Below are positions 17,570 to 26,319 of a DNA stretch of 49,448 nucleotides, piece by piece. Under the pieces are notes generated by a model that was not told where the DNA came from, searched no databases, and saw nothing but the letters and a program-made list of their open reading frames with translations. The DNA comes from Bacillota bacterium (GTDB lineage Bacteria; Bacillota; UBA4882; UBA8346). The translations under genes were made by a program, and so were the position numbers. The stretch lies in assembly GCA_029776595.1 (NCBI GenBank), contig JAKOSX010000040.1, positions 1-49,448 of the forward strand, written 5' to 3'. How positions within the stretch are numbered: position 1 is the first letter of the stretch; each line of letters begins with the position of its first letter.

Positions 17570-19674
17570 TGTTTCGCCCCCTGTTCACTGCTTTCAACCA
17601 CATCACTGTATTTGCATTGCTCATTGAGGCAAGTGACCGTCAGCTTGCCATCTTTTCCGGCTTTAGCAACCATCATGGCGCTGCATTGGGGGCAAGGGTC
17701 TTTATACGGCCGTTCCCAACTGGCAAAATCACATTGGGGATACCGATTACATCCGAAAAACAGCCGTCCCCGCTTGGTTTTTCTCTCGGTAATCATTCCT
17801 TCGCCGCATTTCGGGCAGAGAATGCCCAATTCTTTCCGGATGGGTTTGGTGTTTTTGCATTCGGGATAACCGGGACAGGCCAAGAATTTGCCGAACCGCC
17901 CATACTTGTAAACCATGGTCCGTCCGCATTTTTCACACTTCTGATCGCTTTCTTCCGGCGCCAGTTCGACTTTTTCCACTTTTTCGAGGGCACTCTGCAA
18001 TTCCTGACTGAACGGCTCATAAAAGTCAGACAAAACTTGGATCCAATCCACGTCGCCTTCGGCTATCTGATCCAGCTTTTCTTCCATATCGGCCGTAAAA
18101 TCATAATCAATAATTTTAGAAAATTCCTGTTTCAACAGATCAACGACCACTTGGCCAAGTTCGGTCGGTTTAAACCGTTTATCTTCCAACGTCACATAGT
18201 TCCGTTTCAGGATGGTCTCAATGATCGGCGCATAGGTACTGGGTCGGCCGATCCCCTTCTCTTCCAAGGTCTTAATAAGCGTTGCCTCGGTATATCGGGG
18301 TGGCGGCTGAGTAAAATGCTGCTTCAAATCGAGTTTTTGCAGGAGCACCGTCTCGCCTTCATTCAACTCGGGAAGCTGGCCTTCCGTCTCGCCTTCCTCG
18401 TCATCCTTGCTTTCCTGATAAACCTCTAAAAAGCCGGAAAACTTCACGGTGCTGCCGGTAGCCTTGAAAAGATAATCGGAGGTTTTAATATCCACCGAAA
18501 CCGTATTGAAGACGGCCGGTGCCATTTGGCTGGCAATAAAACGACTCCAAATCAATTGATACAAGCGATATTGATCCCGGGTCAAATACGGCTTCACATC
18601 TTCGGGATGCCGCGATGCCAGCGTAGGCCGGATGGCTTCATGCGCCTCCTGGGCTCCGGCGGTTTTCGTCTTATACACCGGCGGTTTTTTGGGCAAATAT
18701 TCCGCCCCGAATTTGTCGCGGATGACCTCTCTCGCCGCCTGTTGGGCTTCTTCGGCGATCCGTACCGAATCGGTACGCATGTATGTAATCAGCCCGTCGC
18801 TCCCCTGATCGCCCAATTCGATCCCTTCATACAACTGTTGAGCGATCATCATCGTCTTCCGGGCGGGAAAATTCAGTTTTCTGGCAGCCTCCTGCTGCAA
18901 ACTGCTGGTGGTAAAAGGTGGAGCCGGATTGCGCAGCCGCTCCTTCTTTTTAACCTCGCCCACCACATAAACGCCTTTTTTAAGGTCGGTTTCAATAGCC
19001 TTGGCCGCCTCGGCGGATCCAATGTTAATTTTCTTATTCCCTTTGGAATACAGTTTGGCGGTGAAAAGGGCTTTGTCGACATTGGCAAATTGACCTTCGA
19101 TGGTCCAATATTCCTCAGGAACAAAGGAGGCAATCTCCTGTTCCCGGTCACAAATCAGCCGGACGGCCACGGATTGTACCCGGCCGGCGCTCAACCCCCG
19201 GCGCACCTTCTTCCAGAGCAGCGGACTCAGCTGATAGCCGACGATCCTGTCTAAAATCCTCCGGGCCTGTTGTGCGTTGACCCGATTCATATCGATATCC
19301 CGCGGATGCTTCAGGGCATCTTCAACGGCTTTTTTGGTAATTTCATGAAACTCAATCCGCCGGATAGGTTTTCCGCTAACTCCCAACGTATTGGCCAAAT
19401 GCCAGGAGATGGCTTCCCCCTCGCGGTCAGGGTCGGTGGCCAGATACACTGCATCCGCATTGTCGGCAGCTTCCTTCAACTCGCGGATGAGTTTGGCCTT
19501 GCCCCGAATTTTAATATATTTGGGCTTAAATCCGTTTTTTATATCCACTGCAAACTGGCTTTTGGGCAAATCCACCACATGCCCCATGGAAGCCTTCACC
19601 GAAAATTTGCGTCCTAAATATTTTTCAATGGTTTTTGCTTTGGCTGGCGATTCCACAATCACCAATGACTTCAT
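17566..19674 (-). CDS. topA: DNA topoisomerase I
   Basis: 702 aa. Toprim domain [17 protein letters not shown]...[12 protein letters not shown]. Several C-terminal Cys4 Zn ribbons. GGAGGG RBS. Confidence 0.95.
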   Translation of the reverse strand: MKSLVIVESPAKAKTIEKYLGRKFSVKASMGHVVDLPKSQFAVDIKNGFKPKYIKIRGKAKLIRELKEAADNADAVYLATDPDREGEAISWHLANTLGVSGKPIRRIEFHEITKKAVEDALKHPRDIDMNRVNAQQARRILDRIVGYQLSPLLWKKVRRGLSAGRVQSVAVRLICDREQEIASFVPEEYWTIEGQFANVDKALFTAKLYSKGNKKINIGSAEAAKAIETDLKKGVYVVGEVKKKERLRNPAPPFTTSSLQQEAARKLNFPARKTMMIAQQLYEGIELGDQGSDGLITYMRTDSVRIAEEAQQAAREVIRDKFGAEYLPKKPPVYKTKTAGAQEAHEAIRPTLASRHPEDVKPYLTRDQYRLYQLIWSRFIASQMAPAVFNTVSVDIKTSDYLFKATGSTVKFSGFLEVYQESKDDEEGETEGQLPELNEGETVLLQKLDLKQHFTQPPPRYTEATLIKTLEEKGIGRPSTYAPIIETILKRNYVTLEDKRFKPTELGQVVVDLLKQEFSKIIDYDFTADMEEKLDQIAEGDVDWIQVLSDFYEPFSQELQSALEKVEKVELAPEESDQKCEKCGRTMVYKYGRFGKFLACPGYPECKNTKPIRKELGILCPKCGEGMITERKTKRGRLFFGCNRYPQCDFASWERPYKDPCPQCSAMMVAKAGKDGKLTVTCLNEQCKYSDVVESSEQGAKQ

Positions 19675-19803
19675 AAGATTCCCTCCGAAACCGAGTCCGT
19701 TTTCCGGGATGTCTCGCTTCCTTCCCCATCCCGAATCCTTCCACTACTCATTAATTATGCACAACATTCGATTCTTGTCGTTTCATCCGACAATTTTTGC
19801 TAC

Positions 19804-19827
19804 AAAAAAGGGGTTACTGTTAACCCC
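19804..19827 (-). terminator. Rho-independent terminator after smg
   Basis: Stem GGGGTTA/TAACCCC with a 4-nt loop, followed by TTTTTT on the minus strand. Confidence 0.65.
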
Positions 19828-19837
19828 CGGCTTGATG

Positions 19838-20317
19838 CTAATTTAATAGAAAAGAAGGCGTTTTTTCCGATAAAATAGGTGCAATTATCAATAATCGTTC
19901 CTCATCCTTGATGACTTTATGCAGCAGAAGCTCCAACTCACGCAAGCCGACTTCCTGGCGTTCCGTCAGATAAGCTTCCAATAACAACTCCTCCAGTTCT
20001 CCTTTGGTCAGCAGACCGGAGGTGGCCAACCGCAACACTTCATTACGGAATGCAAGCGTAAACCGTTTTTCCTCACTGGGACTGAATACGCGCTGCCCCG
20101 CTTCGCTCGGCGCTATCATCAGTCGTTCCCCGTCTTCCTCATGGCTTTTCAGAGTCTCCGAAACAAAGCCCAACAACTTGAGGGCCGAATCGATTTCCTG
20201 CGGCTCATACCCCAAGCCGACCAAAAATTCCACAAGATCTTTTTCCGTCAGGGCGTTGTCCCCTTGCCGTATCATATGCTTCACAACGTAATTAACGATT
20301 TCCATGACCCGATCCAC
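19838..20317 (-). CDS. smg: Smg-like protein (DUF494)
   Basis: 159 aa. The N-terminus resembles Smg (helical, ..EKDLVEFLVGLGYEPQEIDSALKLL..). It sits between dprA and topA, as E. coli smg sits in smf-smg-topA. GTG start. Confidence 0.6.
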   Translation of the reverse strand: MDRVMEIVNYVVKHMIRQGDNALTEKDLVEFLVGLGYEPQEIDSALKLLGFVSETLKSHEEDGERLMIAPSEAGQRVFSPSEEKRFTLAFRNEVLRLATSGLLTKGELEELLLEAYLTERQEVGLRELELLLHKVIKDEERLLIIAPILSEKTPSFLLN

Positions 20318-20461
20318 TGACCATCATCCCCTTAATCTGGTTGCTGCGCTTACCCCTTACAATTTCGACGGAAAACCAGATCCGCTTGAGGACAAAAGTT
20401 TTCCATAATGTCCTTGAGCTTTCATAATTATATTCATTTTTCGCTTATTTGTAAAGCAATT

Positions 20462-21553
20462 CTAGCGAAGCTTCATATAGAGTTGACCCGGAAAACTTTT
20501 AACCAGGCCTTTCATTTCCAACTGGATCAGGATGGCATTGACTTGGGCCACCCCCAATCCGGACGTCCGGGTTACCTGATCAATGTGGGAAGGTTCCCGG
20601 CTCAAACATTGATAGACCTGAAGCTCGGCGGGATTGAGTCCGTCCATCCGGGCCGCGCTCACTTCTTCAACAGCCAGATAAGGTATGGCCAATTCCTCCA
20701 AAATATCCCTGGCGCACTCCACCAATTTTGCGCCTTGACGGATGAGCTTATGAGGCCCCCGGCTTACTTCGTTTTGAATGCTTCCGGGGACGGCAAACAC
20801 TTCCCTTCCCTGTTCCAACGCAAATCCGGCGGTGATTAACGAACCGCTGTCATCAGTGGCTTCCACCACCACCACCCCTAAACTCAACCCGCTGATAATC
20901 CTGTTGCGGGCCGGGAAATTTTTAGGTATTGGCTGTGTCCCCAGGGGAAATTCGGAAATCACCGCACCCGAAGCGGCGATCTGTTCCATCAGGGCTTCAT
21001 TTTCCTGAGGATAACACACATCCACGCCCGACCCTAACACTGCAATGGTACGGCCGCCGGCCTCCAACGCCCCCCGATGGGCTTCGGAATCGATGCCCCG
21101 CGCCATGCCGCTGACCAGAGTCAATCCCTGCGCCGACAGTTCCCGCGCCAGCTCCCGGGCATGGAAACCTCCCATGGGCGAAGGATTTCTGGTCCCGACG
21201 ATGGCCACGGCCGCCTCGTCGCCATACTCAAAACGTCCCCGGCAATAGAGCACCGGCGGTGGATCGGGGATTTTTTTCAATAATGCGGGATAATCTGCGT
21301 CCGTATAACAGTAAATCCGATAACCGCCGGCTTCCACCTTCAAATATTCCGACTCCACCTGCCGGGGGTGAGATGCTATATGCTTCCAGTGCCTGAACGC
21401 TTTTGGCCCCAGCAGCCGTTCCAATGTATCCAACGGGGCATTCCAGGCATCCTCCATGCTCCCGAAATCCTCCAACAACTTGAAAAACCGCGCCGGCCCC
21501 ACGCCCGGTACCCGGTTCCACGCCAGCCAGTACAGTAATTCTTGTTGGTCCAT
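20462..21553 (-). CDS. dprA: DNA-processing protein DprA (Smf)
   Basis: 363 aa. N-terminal SAM-like domain, Rossmann domain with SGMARGIDSEAHRGAL, and a C-terminal winged-helix domain. GGAGGTG RBS. Confidence 0.9.
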   Translation of the reverse strand: MDQQELLYWLAWNRVPGVGPARFFKLLEDFGSMEDAWNAPLDTLERLLGPKAFRHWKHIASHPRQVESEYLKVEAGGYRIYCYTDADYPALLKKIPDPPPVLYCRGRFEYGDEAAVAIVGTRNPSPMGGFHARELARELSAQGLTLVSGMARGIDSEAHRGALEAGGRTIAVLGSGVDVCYPQENEALMEQIAASGAVISEFPLGTQPIPKNFPARNRIISGLSLGVVVVEATDDSGSLITAGFALEQGREVFAVPGSIQNEVSRGPHKLIRQGAKLVECARDILEELAIPYLAVEEVSAARMDGLNPAELQVYQCLSREPSHIDQVTRTSGLGVAQVNAILIQLEMKGLVKSFPGQLYMKLR

Positions 21554-21704
21554 TCACCCACACCTCCGGCTCTATAATTCGTGGAAATTTTGGCTATTCC
21601 TTCCAACGAAGAACAATTTCGGCCGGCTGCGCCCTGTCTTATCTTCCCAGCATTTTTTGGCGGCAGCGCTTCATAATAAGGATAGACGCACCAAGGAGGA
21701 GCTC

Positions 21705-21932
21705 ATGATGGAAACCTACGAAGTTGAACATGTTTACCTGTGTCCCCACTGCGAAGTCGATACCATTCATTATACCATCAACAATAAACACAACCTGTTG
21801 GGCATCGTCTGTTCCCACTGCCATACGCCGTCATTGGTCAAACGGGAAGTCCTTACGTTTCACCAGTTGAAATGGGAAGATGAACTCCGCCGGATCCTGG
21901 ACAACCTGGACAATCCTTTTGACGAACGTTAA
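21705..21932 (+). CDS. Small zinc-ribbon protein (hypothetical)
   Basis: 75 aa starting at ATG 21705, with AAGGAGGA 4 nt upstream. Two CxxC pairs (CPHC...CSHC). The upstream part of track ORF 21456..21932 overlaps dprA and has no RBS. Confidence 0.55.
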   Translation: MMETYEVEHVYLCPHCEVDTIHYTINNKHNLLGIVCSHCHTPSLVKREVLTFHQLKWEDELRRILDNLDNPFDER

Positions 21933-21948
21933 TTTAGTTCACAAACGT

Positions 21949-21980
21949 AAAAAAGCATGGCTTTTCAGCCATGCTTTTTA
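21949..21980. terminator. Bidirectional Rho-independent terminator between convergent genes
   Basis: Stem GCATGGCT/AGCCATGC (21955..21974), flanked by an A-run on the left and a T-run on the right. Confidence 0.75.
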
Positions 21981-21991
21981 TCTCAGTTGCG

Positions 21992-23671
21992 TCAGACTTC
22001 CATGATAATCGGTAAAATCATGGGGCGGCGTTTGGTCTTGTCATAGAGATGTTTGCTCAACACTTCCCGGATTTCAGCCTTCATCGTGGACCAGTCGTCC
22101 GTCTCGGAACAATTCTCCAAAGCCACTTTCACTTTGGCCTTGGCCTCCTCGATTAAGGCTTCGGACTCCCGCACATATACGAAGCCCCGGGAAACGATGT
22201 CCGGCCCGGCCACAATCTGTCCGGTATTTTTATCCATGGTGACCACCACAATCAAAATACCGTCTTGGGACAGCTGTTTCCGGTCACGCAACACGATATT
22301 GCCCACGTCGCCGACGCCCAATCCGTCGACAAACACTTTGCCCGACGGCACTTTACCGGCGATGCGGATCTTCTGTTTTGAGATCTCGATAACATCCCCG
22401 ATTTCGGCGATAATCACGTTTTCGCTTTCCACGCCCACGTCCGTGGCCAGCTTAGCATGTTGCACCAGATGCCGGTATTCTCCGTGAACCGGTATAAAAT
22501 ACTTGGGTTTCGTCAGGTTAAGCATTAATTTCAACTCTTCTTGACTGGCGTGGCCGGAAACATGGATGCCGGAAACCGATTCATAGATAACCCGGGCTCC
22601 CTGCTTGAACAGATGATTGATGGTCCGGGCGACGAATTTCTCATTGCCGGGAATGGCGGACGCGGAAATAATCACGGTATCCCCGGGAATAATGTTGATT
22701 TTACGATGATCGGAAGTGGCCATACGGGATAAAGCCGACATGGGTTCGCCTTGGCTCCCGGTGGTAATGAGGGCGATCTTATCGACAGGATAGCGATCCA
22801 CTTCATCAATGTCGATGAGCACGCCTTCGGGAATTTGTAAATATCCCAACTCCCGGGCAATGGAGACTACATTGACCATACTGCGGCCGATAAAAGCCAC
22901 CTTGCGGTCATGGCGGAAAGCGGTATTAACGATTTGCTGAATGCGGTGAATGTTAGAGGCAAAAGTCGCCACCAAGATCCGACCTTCTGCCTGCATGAAG
23001 AGTTCCTCAAACGTCTGGGCCAGATCCTTTTCGGAACGGGTATAGCCTTCCCGTTCCACATTGGTACTGTCCGACAACAGAGCCAATACTTCGTTTTCAC
23101 CCAGTTCGGCCAATTTGCGAAAATCGGTGGTTTTGCCGTCTACCGGGGTATGGTCAAATTTAAAGTCCGCTGTATGAAGGATGGTACCGATGGACGTATG
23201 GATGGCCAAAGCCACCACACCGGCAATACTGTGGTTAACGTGAATGAACTCAATGGCGAAACTGCCTAGTTTAATCTGATCCCCGGCTTTAACGCAATGC
23301 ATGGTAACGGACTTTGCCATCCCATGTTCTTCAAACTTCACTTTGGCCAGGCCTAAAGTGAGTTTCGTCCCGTAAATCGGCACGTTCAACTGTTTGAGAA
23401 CATAAGGCAAAGCGCCGATGTGATCCTCATGACCATGAGTTAAAATAATCCCCTTGACACGGTCTTTATTTTCCAAAAGGTATGTAATATCCGGTATGAC
23501 CAAATCGATCCCCAGCATATCCTCATCCGGAAACATCAAACCGGCGTCAATGACGATAATTTCCTTATTATGCTCAATGGCAGTCATGTTCTTACCGATT
23601 TCGCCCAAACCGCCCAACGGTACGATAAATACGTGATCTTGTTTACCAAAAAGACCCAATAAAAAAAACAC
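21992..23671 (-). CDS. rnj: Ribonuclease J
   Basis: 559 aa. Metallo-beta-lactamase motif THGHEDHIGALPY plus beta-CASP and C-terminal domains. GTG start with AGGAGGTG. Confidence 0.95.
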   Translation of the reverse strand: MFFLLGLFGKQDHVFIVPLGGLGEIGKNMTAIEHNKEIIVIDAGLMFPDEDMLGIDLVIPDITYLLENKDRVKGIILTHGHEDHIGALPYVLKQLNVPIYGTKLTLGLAKVKFEEHGMAKSVTMHCVKAGDQIKLGSFAIEFIHVNHSIAGVVALAIHTSIGTILHTADFKFDHTPVDGKTTDFRKLAELGENEVLALLSDSTNVEREGYTRSEKDLAQTFEELFMQAEGRILVATFASNIHRIQQIVNTAFRHDRKVAFIGRSMVNVVSIARELGYLQIPEGVLIDIDEVDRYPVDKIALITTGSQGEPMSALSRMATSDHRKINIIPGDTVIISASAIPGNEKFVARTINHLFKQGARVIYESVSGIHVSGHASQEELKLMLNLTKPKYFIPVHGEYRHLVQHAKLATDVGVESENVIIAEIGDVIEISKQKIRIAGKVPSGKVFVDGLGVGDVGNIVLRDRKQLSQDGILIVVVTMDKNTGQIVAGPDIVSRGFVYVRESEALIEEAKAKVKVALENCSETDDWSTMKAEIREVLSKHLYDKTKRRPMILPIIMEV

Positions 23672-23784
23672 CTCCTATGTGCTCTTGTGCTTATCAAACG
23701 GGTTACTTTGCATTCATAACCATTTATTTCCGCTCATCATGTCATGAGAAAAAGACAGCCACGTTCCGCACTCATTGTCTATAC

Positions 23785-23814
23785 ATTATATCAAAATTGG
23801 CAAAGAAATAACAA
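23785..23814 (-). promoter_or_regulatory. Candidate extended -10 promoter of rnj
   Basis: Minus strand: TTGTTA (23814..23809), 18-nt spacer, TGaTATAAT (-10 hexamer at 23790..23785). This implies a leader of about 105 nt. Confidence 0.35.
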
Positions 23815-23935
23815 GTACCAAAAAGCATCCGCCCTCTTTGTCCGCTCTGGGACCCTTTTTCAAACAGTATTATTTTGTACAAAAAAAGCAAAAATACTAG
23901 TGCTTAAGGATTTTTTAGACGCAGGAGGATAAAAA

Positions 23936-24121
23936 GTGGATTACAGAAACCGGAACGAACTGAACAATACCGCCCAGGAATGCAGTGAATACGAACCGAT
24001 TCAAGCCGCCAAAAACTTTCCCTTGGCTTACGGGGAAGATGAAATGGAAGACGCAGGCTGCGACACCTGCGTCCATTTTAACAGCGGTGAATGTGAAGTC
24101 TACAAGCGTGAAAAATATTAA
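23936..24121 (+). CDS. Small acidic cysteine-motif protein (hypothetical)
   Basis: 61 aa. GTG start with AGGAGGA 6 nt upstream. C-terminal CDTCVHFNSGEC motif (CxxC-x6-C plus His). I do not recognise a family. Confidence 0.5.
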   Translation: MDYRNRNELNNTAQECSEYEPIQAAKNFPLAYGEDEMEDAGCDTCVHFNSGECEVYKREKY

Positions 24122-24129
24122 ATTAAAAT

Positions 24130-24396
24130 TCAATGGTTGGGTTGCTGCGCAACGCGTTTGGCCGCCTCGACAATCATCACCATGGCGTCAGTCCGGATTT
24201 GGCGGTCGTCTCGGGATACTCTGGTGAAAATCTCCCCTTCCTGGCTGACCGCATATAAACCCCGCAATTGTTTAAGGGCGATGACCATGGCATCGGCACG
24301 GCAGCGATCACACGAGCAATATTGGGGATTTCTTTCAATAAATTCTTGATAAACCTCCATCACGACATCTTCCATATAATTTTTGAAATTCATCAA
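24130..24396 (-). CDS. ComFB-like (late competence development protein ComFB family) protein
   Basis: 88 aa. Characteristic YCSCDRCRADAMVIALKQL cysteine motif and C-terminal ..AAKRVAQQPNH, as in the ComFB domain. Confidence 0.8.
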   Translation of the reverse strand: MMNFKNYMEDVVMEVYQEFIERNPQYCSCDRCRADAMVIALKQLRGLYAVSQEGEIFTRVSRDDRQIRTDAMVMIVEAAKRVAQQPNH

Positions 24397-24517
24397 TACA
24401 CCGCCTTCAAAAATAAATTGAAAGAATTTTATGCCAAAGAATCACCGTTAACTAAATTCACCGCATTCACCATTTTTTCCTGCATTCTCCAACAATTTTG
24501 TAATGAATTTTGCAAAG

Positions 24518-24548
24518 AAAAACGAAGGGTGTTTTTCCCTTCGTTTTT
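24518..24548. terminator. Rho-independent terminator immediately after the ParM-like gene (bidirectional shape)
   Basis: 12-bp stem AAAAACGAAGGG/CCCTTCGTTTTT with a 7-nt loop. There are U-rich arms in both orientations. The ParM-like stop is at 24552..24554. Confidence 0.7.
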
Positions 24549-24551
24549 CGA

Positions 24552-25664
24552 TTATTTCTTGTTGCTTTCCTCCGCCTTGTCGTCATTGAAGAATTTGCTG
24601 TTGGCGAAGCGGTTTTCCGAAGATGCCGACAGGATCGGGGTCGTCTGAGGCTTATTTTCCGTATAGCCGAATACTTTATGGCCCAATTTCAAATAACCGT
24701 GTACATTGGCCACTTGGGAATTCTCAACGATGGATGCGGTTTCCAATTCCGGAAGGATAAATTCAGCCAACGCTTTGCCGCCACCGCCGGAGATCAAAAT
24801 CACATCCAAATCCCTGGGATCCCAAATGGAATTCATCTCCGTTAAAATCTTGGCGGTCACTTGTTCAAAAGCATCGCGCTTCACCTGATCCAGCGAATAC
24901 ACTTTACCGGCCACTTTCACCTGAGCTTTTTGGACAATCTCATCCAACTCGTAGTTCTCTTTAAACACCCGGTGCTGATTGCGCAAATGTTCGGCGATGA
25001 TGGCGTAAGCATTGGATATACCGGTAGTGGTCGAATAACTGAGTTTATCAATGTACTCCAGTTTGTCCACGACTACAAAGTCCGTGGTCCGGAAACCGAC
25101 GTCAATAATTCCCACTCTGGAACGGGACAGTTCTTTATCAACGACGACGCCCCGGAAATCAAATATCTTATGGAACAAGGTCCCCAACGGCTGCGGGATG
25201 ATTTTTACGTTATTGATAATAATCACTTTTTTCCTGTCCACGCCGTCGATATTCAACGTAATGGTATGGGTCCCTTTGATGACATCCGCTAAAACGTCTT
25301 TATTGGCCAGATAATAGCTGGGCGGAAGACCGGTAACCACATTAAATTCCTGGCTTTCTCCCTGCACGTATAAGGCCAAAGCCGCTAACAGGAGCACCTT
25401 GGTATTCTTCTCTTGGGCATGATTTTCACTGAGAGACCGGCTTAAAATCTCGCTTTGACGAATCGCCAAGTCTCCGACGAAATACTTTTTGCCGTCGATG
25501 GCAACTGCCAAATTCTCGATGGGATCAATATACGTTGTCAATTCGGAACGATAGGTGAGATCCTGGCCAGCCCCGACCACGCTGGGGAAAATATAGTCTT
25601 TATCTCCGTTGGTCGTTTTGACAAATCCAAATCCCAGATCAATACCAATATTGTATGCCGCCAT
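24552..25664 (-). CDS. ParM/StbA (Alp) family actin-like ATPase
   Basis: 370 aa. Actin-fold motifs: phosphate-1 NIGIDLGFGFVK, phosphate-2 GIIDVGFRTTDF, adenosine VILISGGGGKAL. C-terminal low-complexity tail of about 40 aa. Confidence 0.75.
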   Translation of the reverse strand: MAAYNIGIDLGFGFVKTTNGDKDYIFPSVVGAGQDLTYRSELTTYIDPIENLAVAIDGKKYFVGDLAIRQSEILSRSLSENHAQEKNTKVLLLAALALYVQGESQEFNVVTGLPPSYYLANKDVLADVIKGTHTITLNIDGVDRKKVIIINNVKIIPQPLGTLFHKIFDFRGVVVDKELSRSRVGIIDVGFRTTDFVVVDKLEYIDKLSYSTTTGISNAYAIIAEHLRNQHRVFKENYELDEIVQKAQVKVAGKVYSLDQVKRDAFEQVTAKILTEMNSIWDPRDLDVILISGGGGKALAEFILPELETASIVENSQVANVHGYLKLGHKVFGYTENKPQTTPILSASSENRFANSKFFNDDKAEESNKK

Positions 25665-25771
25665 GGTTAGGATTACCTCCTGCTTTTAAATGTCCATAGA
25701 TTTCAACACTTTTCTTATCGGCATCAATAAATGAAGCAATTGAACGCTTGTATGGTAATATTTAGACTTTT

Positions 25772-26290
25772 TTAACAAACCTTTTGGCCGTCGCATTTCT
25801 TCTTCTCATTTTCCAAATCCCGCAGATGCACCGTGAGCGCATCCACTGAAATTTGAATTTCCCGCATGGACAGGCCCAAGGAAGACATCAAGCCGAGCAG
25901 ACTCAAACCGAAAACCAGCTCAGCCAGGAAATAGCGATGATAAAAAAGGAGCAACATGCAGAAAACGCAGAGGAAAAAACTGAACACGCCCAGAAACTGC
26001 ATGTCCTTAATTAACCCAATGCGCTGTCTCAGATTGTCAATCTGTTCCAACAAAAGGGCATCCGGATTATTAATATATTTGGCATGGAGATCCCGGACCA
26101 ATTGGGCCAAGACCAAAAACCGGTTGGTATAAGCCAGCAGCAACAAGGATATGGCCGGGAAAAGTAAGGCCGGCGTGGTCAGGGTCAATTCCCCCTCATA
26201 TCCCAAGGGTTTTAATTTGGGGGCCAACACGCCCAGCAGGATTAAAACAGCTACGATAATTGCCGCGAAGTAAAACCACAGTCTTTTCAT
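25772..26290 (-). CDS. DUF2721-like integral membrane protein
   Basis: 172 aa with four predicted TM helices. The segment PALLFPAISLLLLAYTNRFLVLAQLVRDLH resembles the DUF2721 core as I remember it. AGAGGTG RBS. Confidence 0.5.
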   Translation of the reverse strand: MKRLWFYFAAIIVAVLILLGVLAPKLKPLGYEGELTLTTPALLFPAISLLLLAYTNRFLVLAQLVRDLHAKYINNPDALLLEQIDNLRQRIGLIKDMQFLGVFSFFLCVFCMLLLFYHRYFLAELVFGLSLLGLMSSLGLSMREIQISVDALTVHLRDLENEKKKCDGQKVC

Positions 26291-26319
26291 GGTACACCTC
26301 TTTCTTTTCCTCTCCGTCT

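Noticed and set aside
17293-18429. 378-aa plus-strand ORF
   Set aside because: It lies entirely antisense to trmFO and topA, whose products have unmistakable conserved motifs. The translation is low-complexity (Pro/Arg/Phe-rich) with no RBS. It is a shadow ORF of a moderately GC-rich coding strand.
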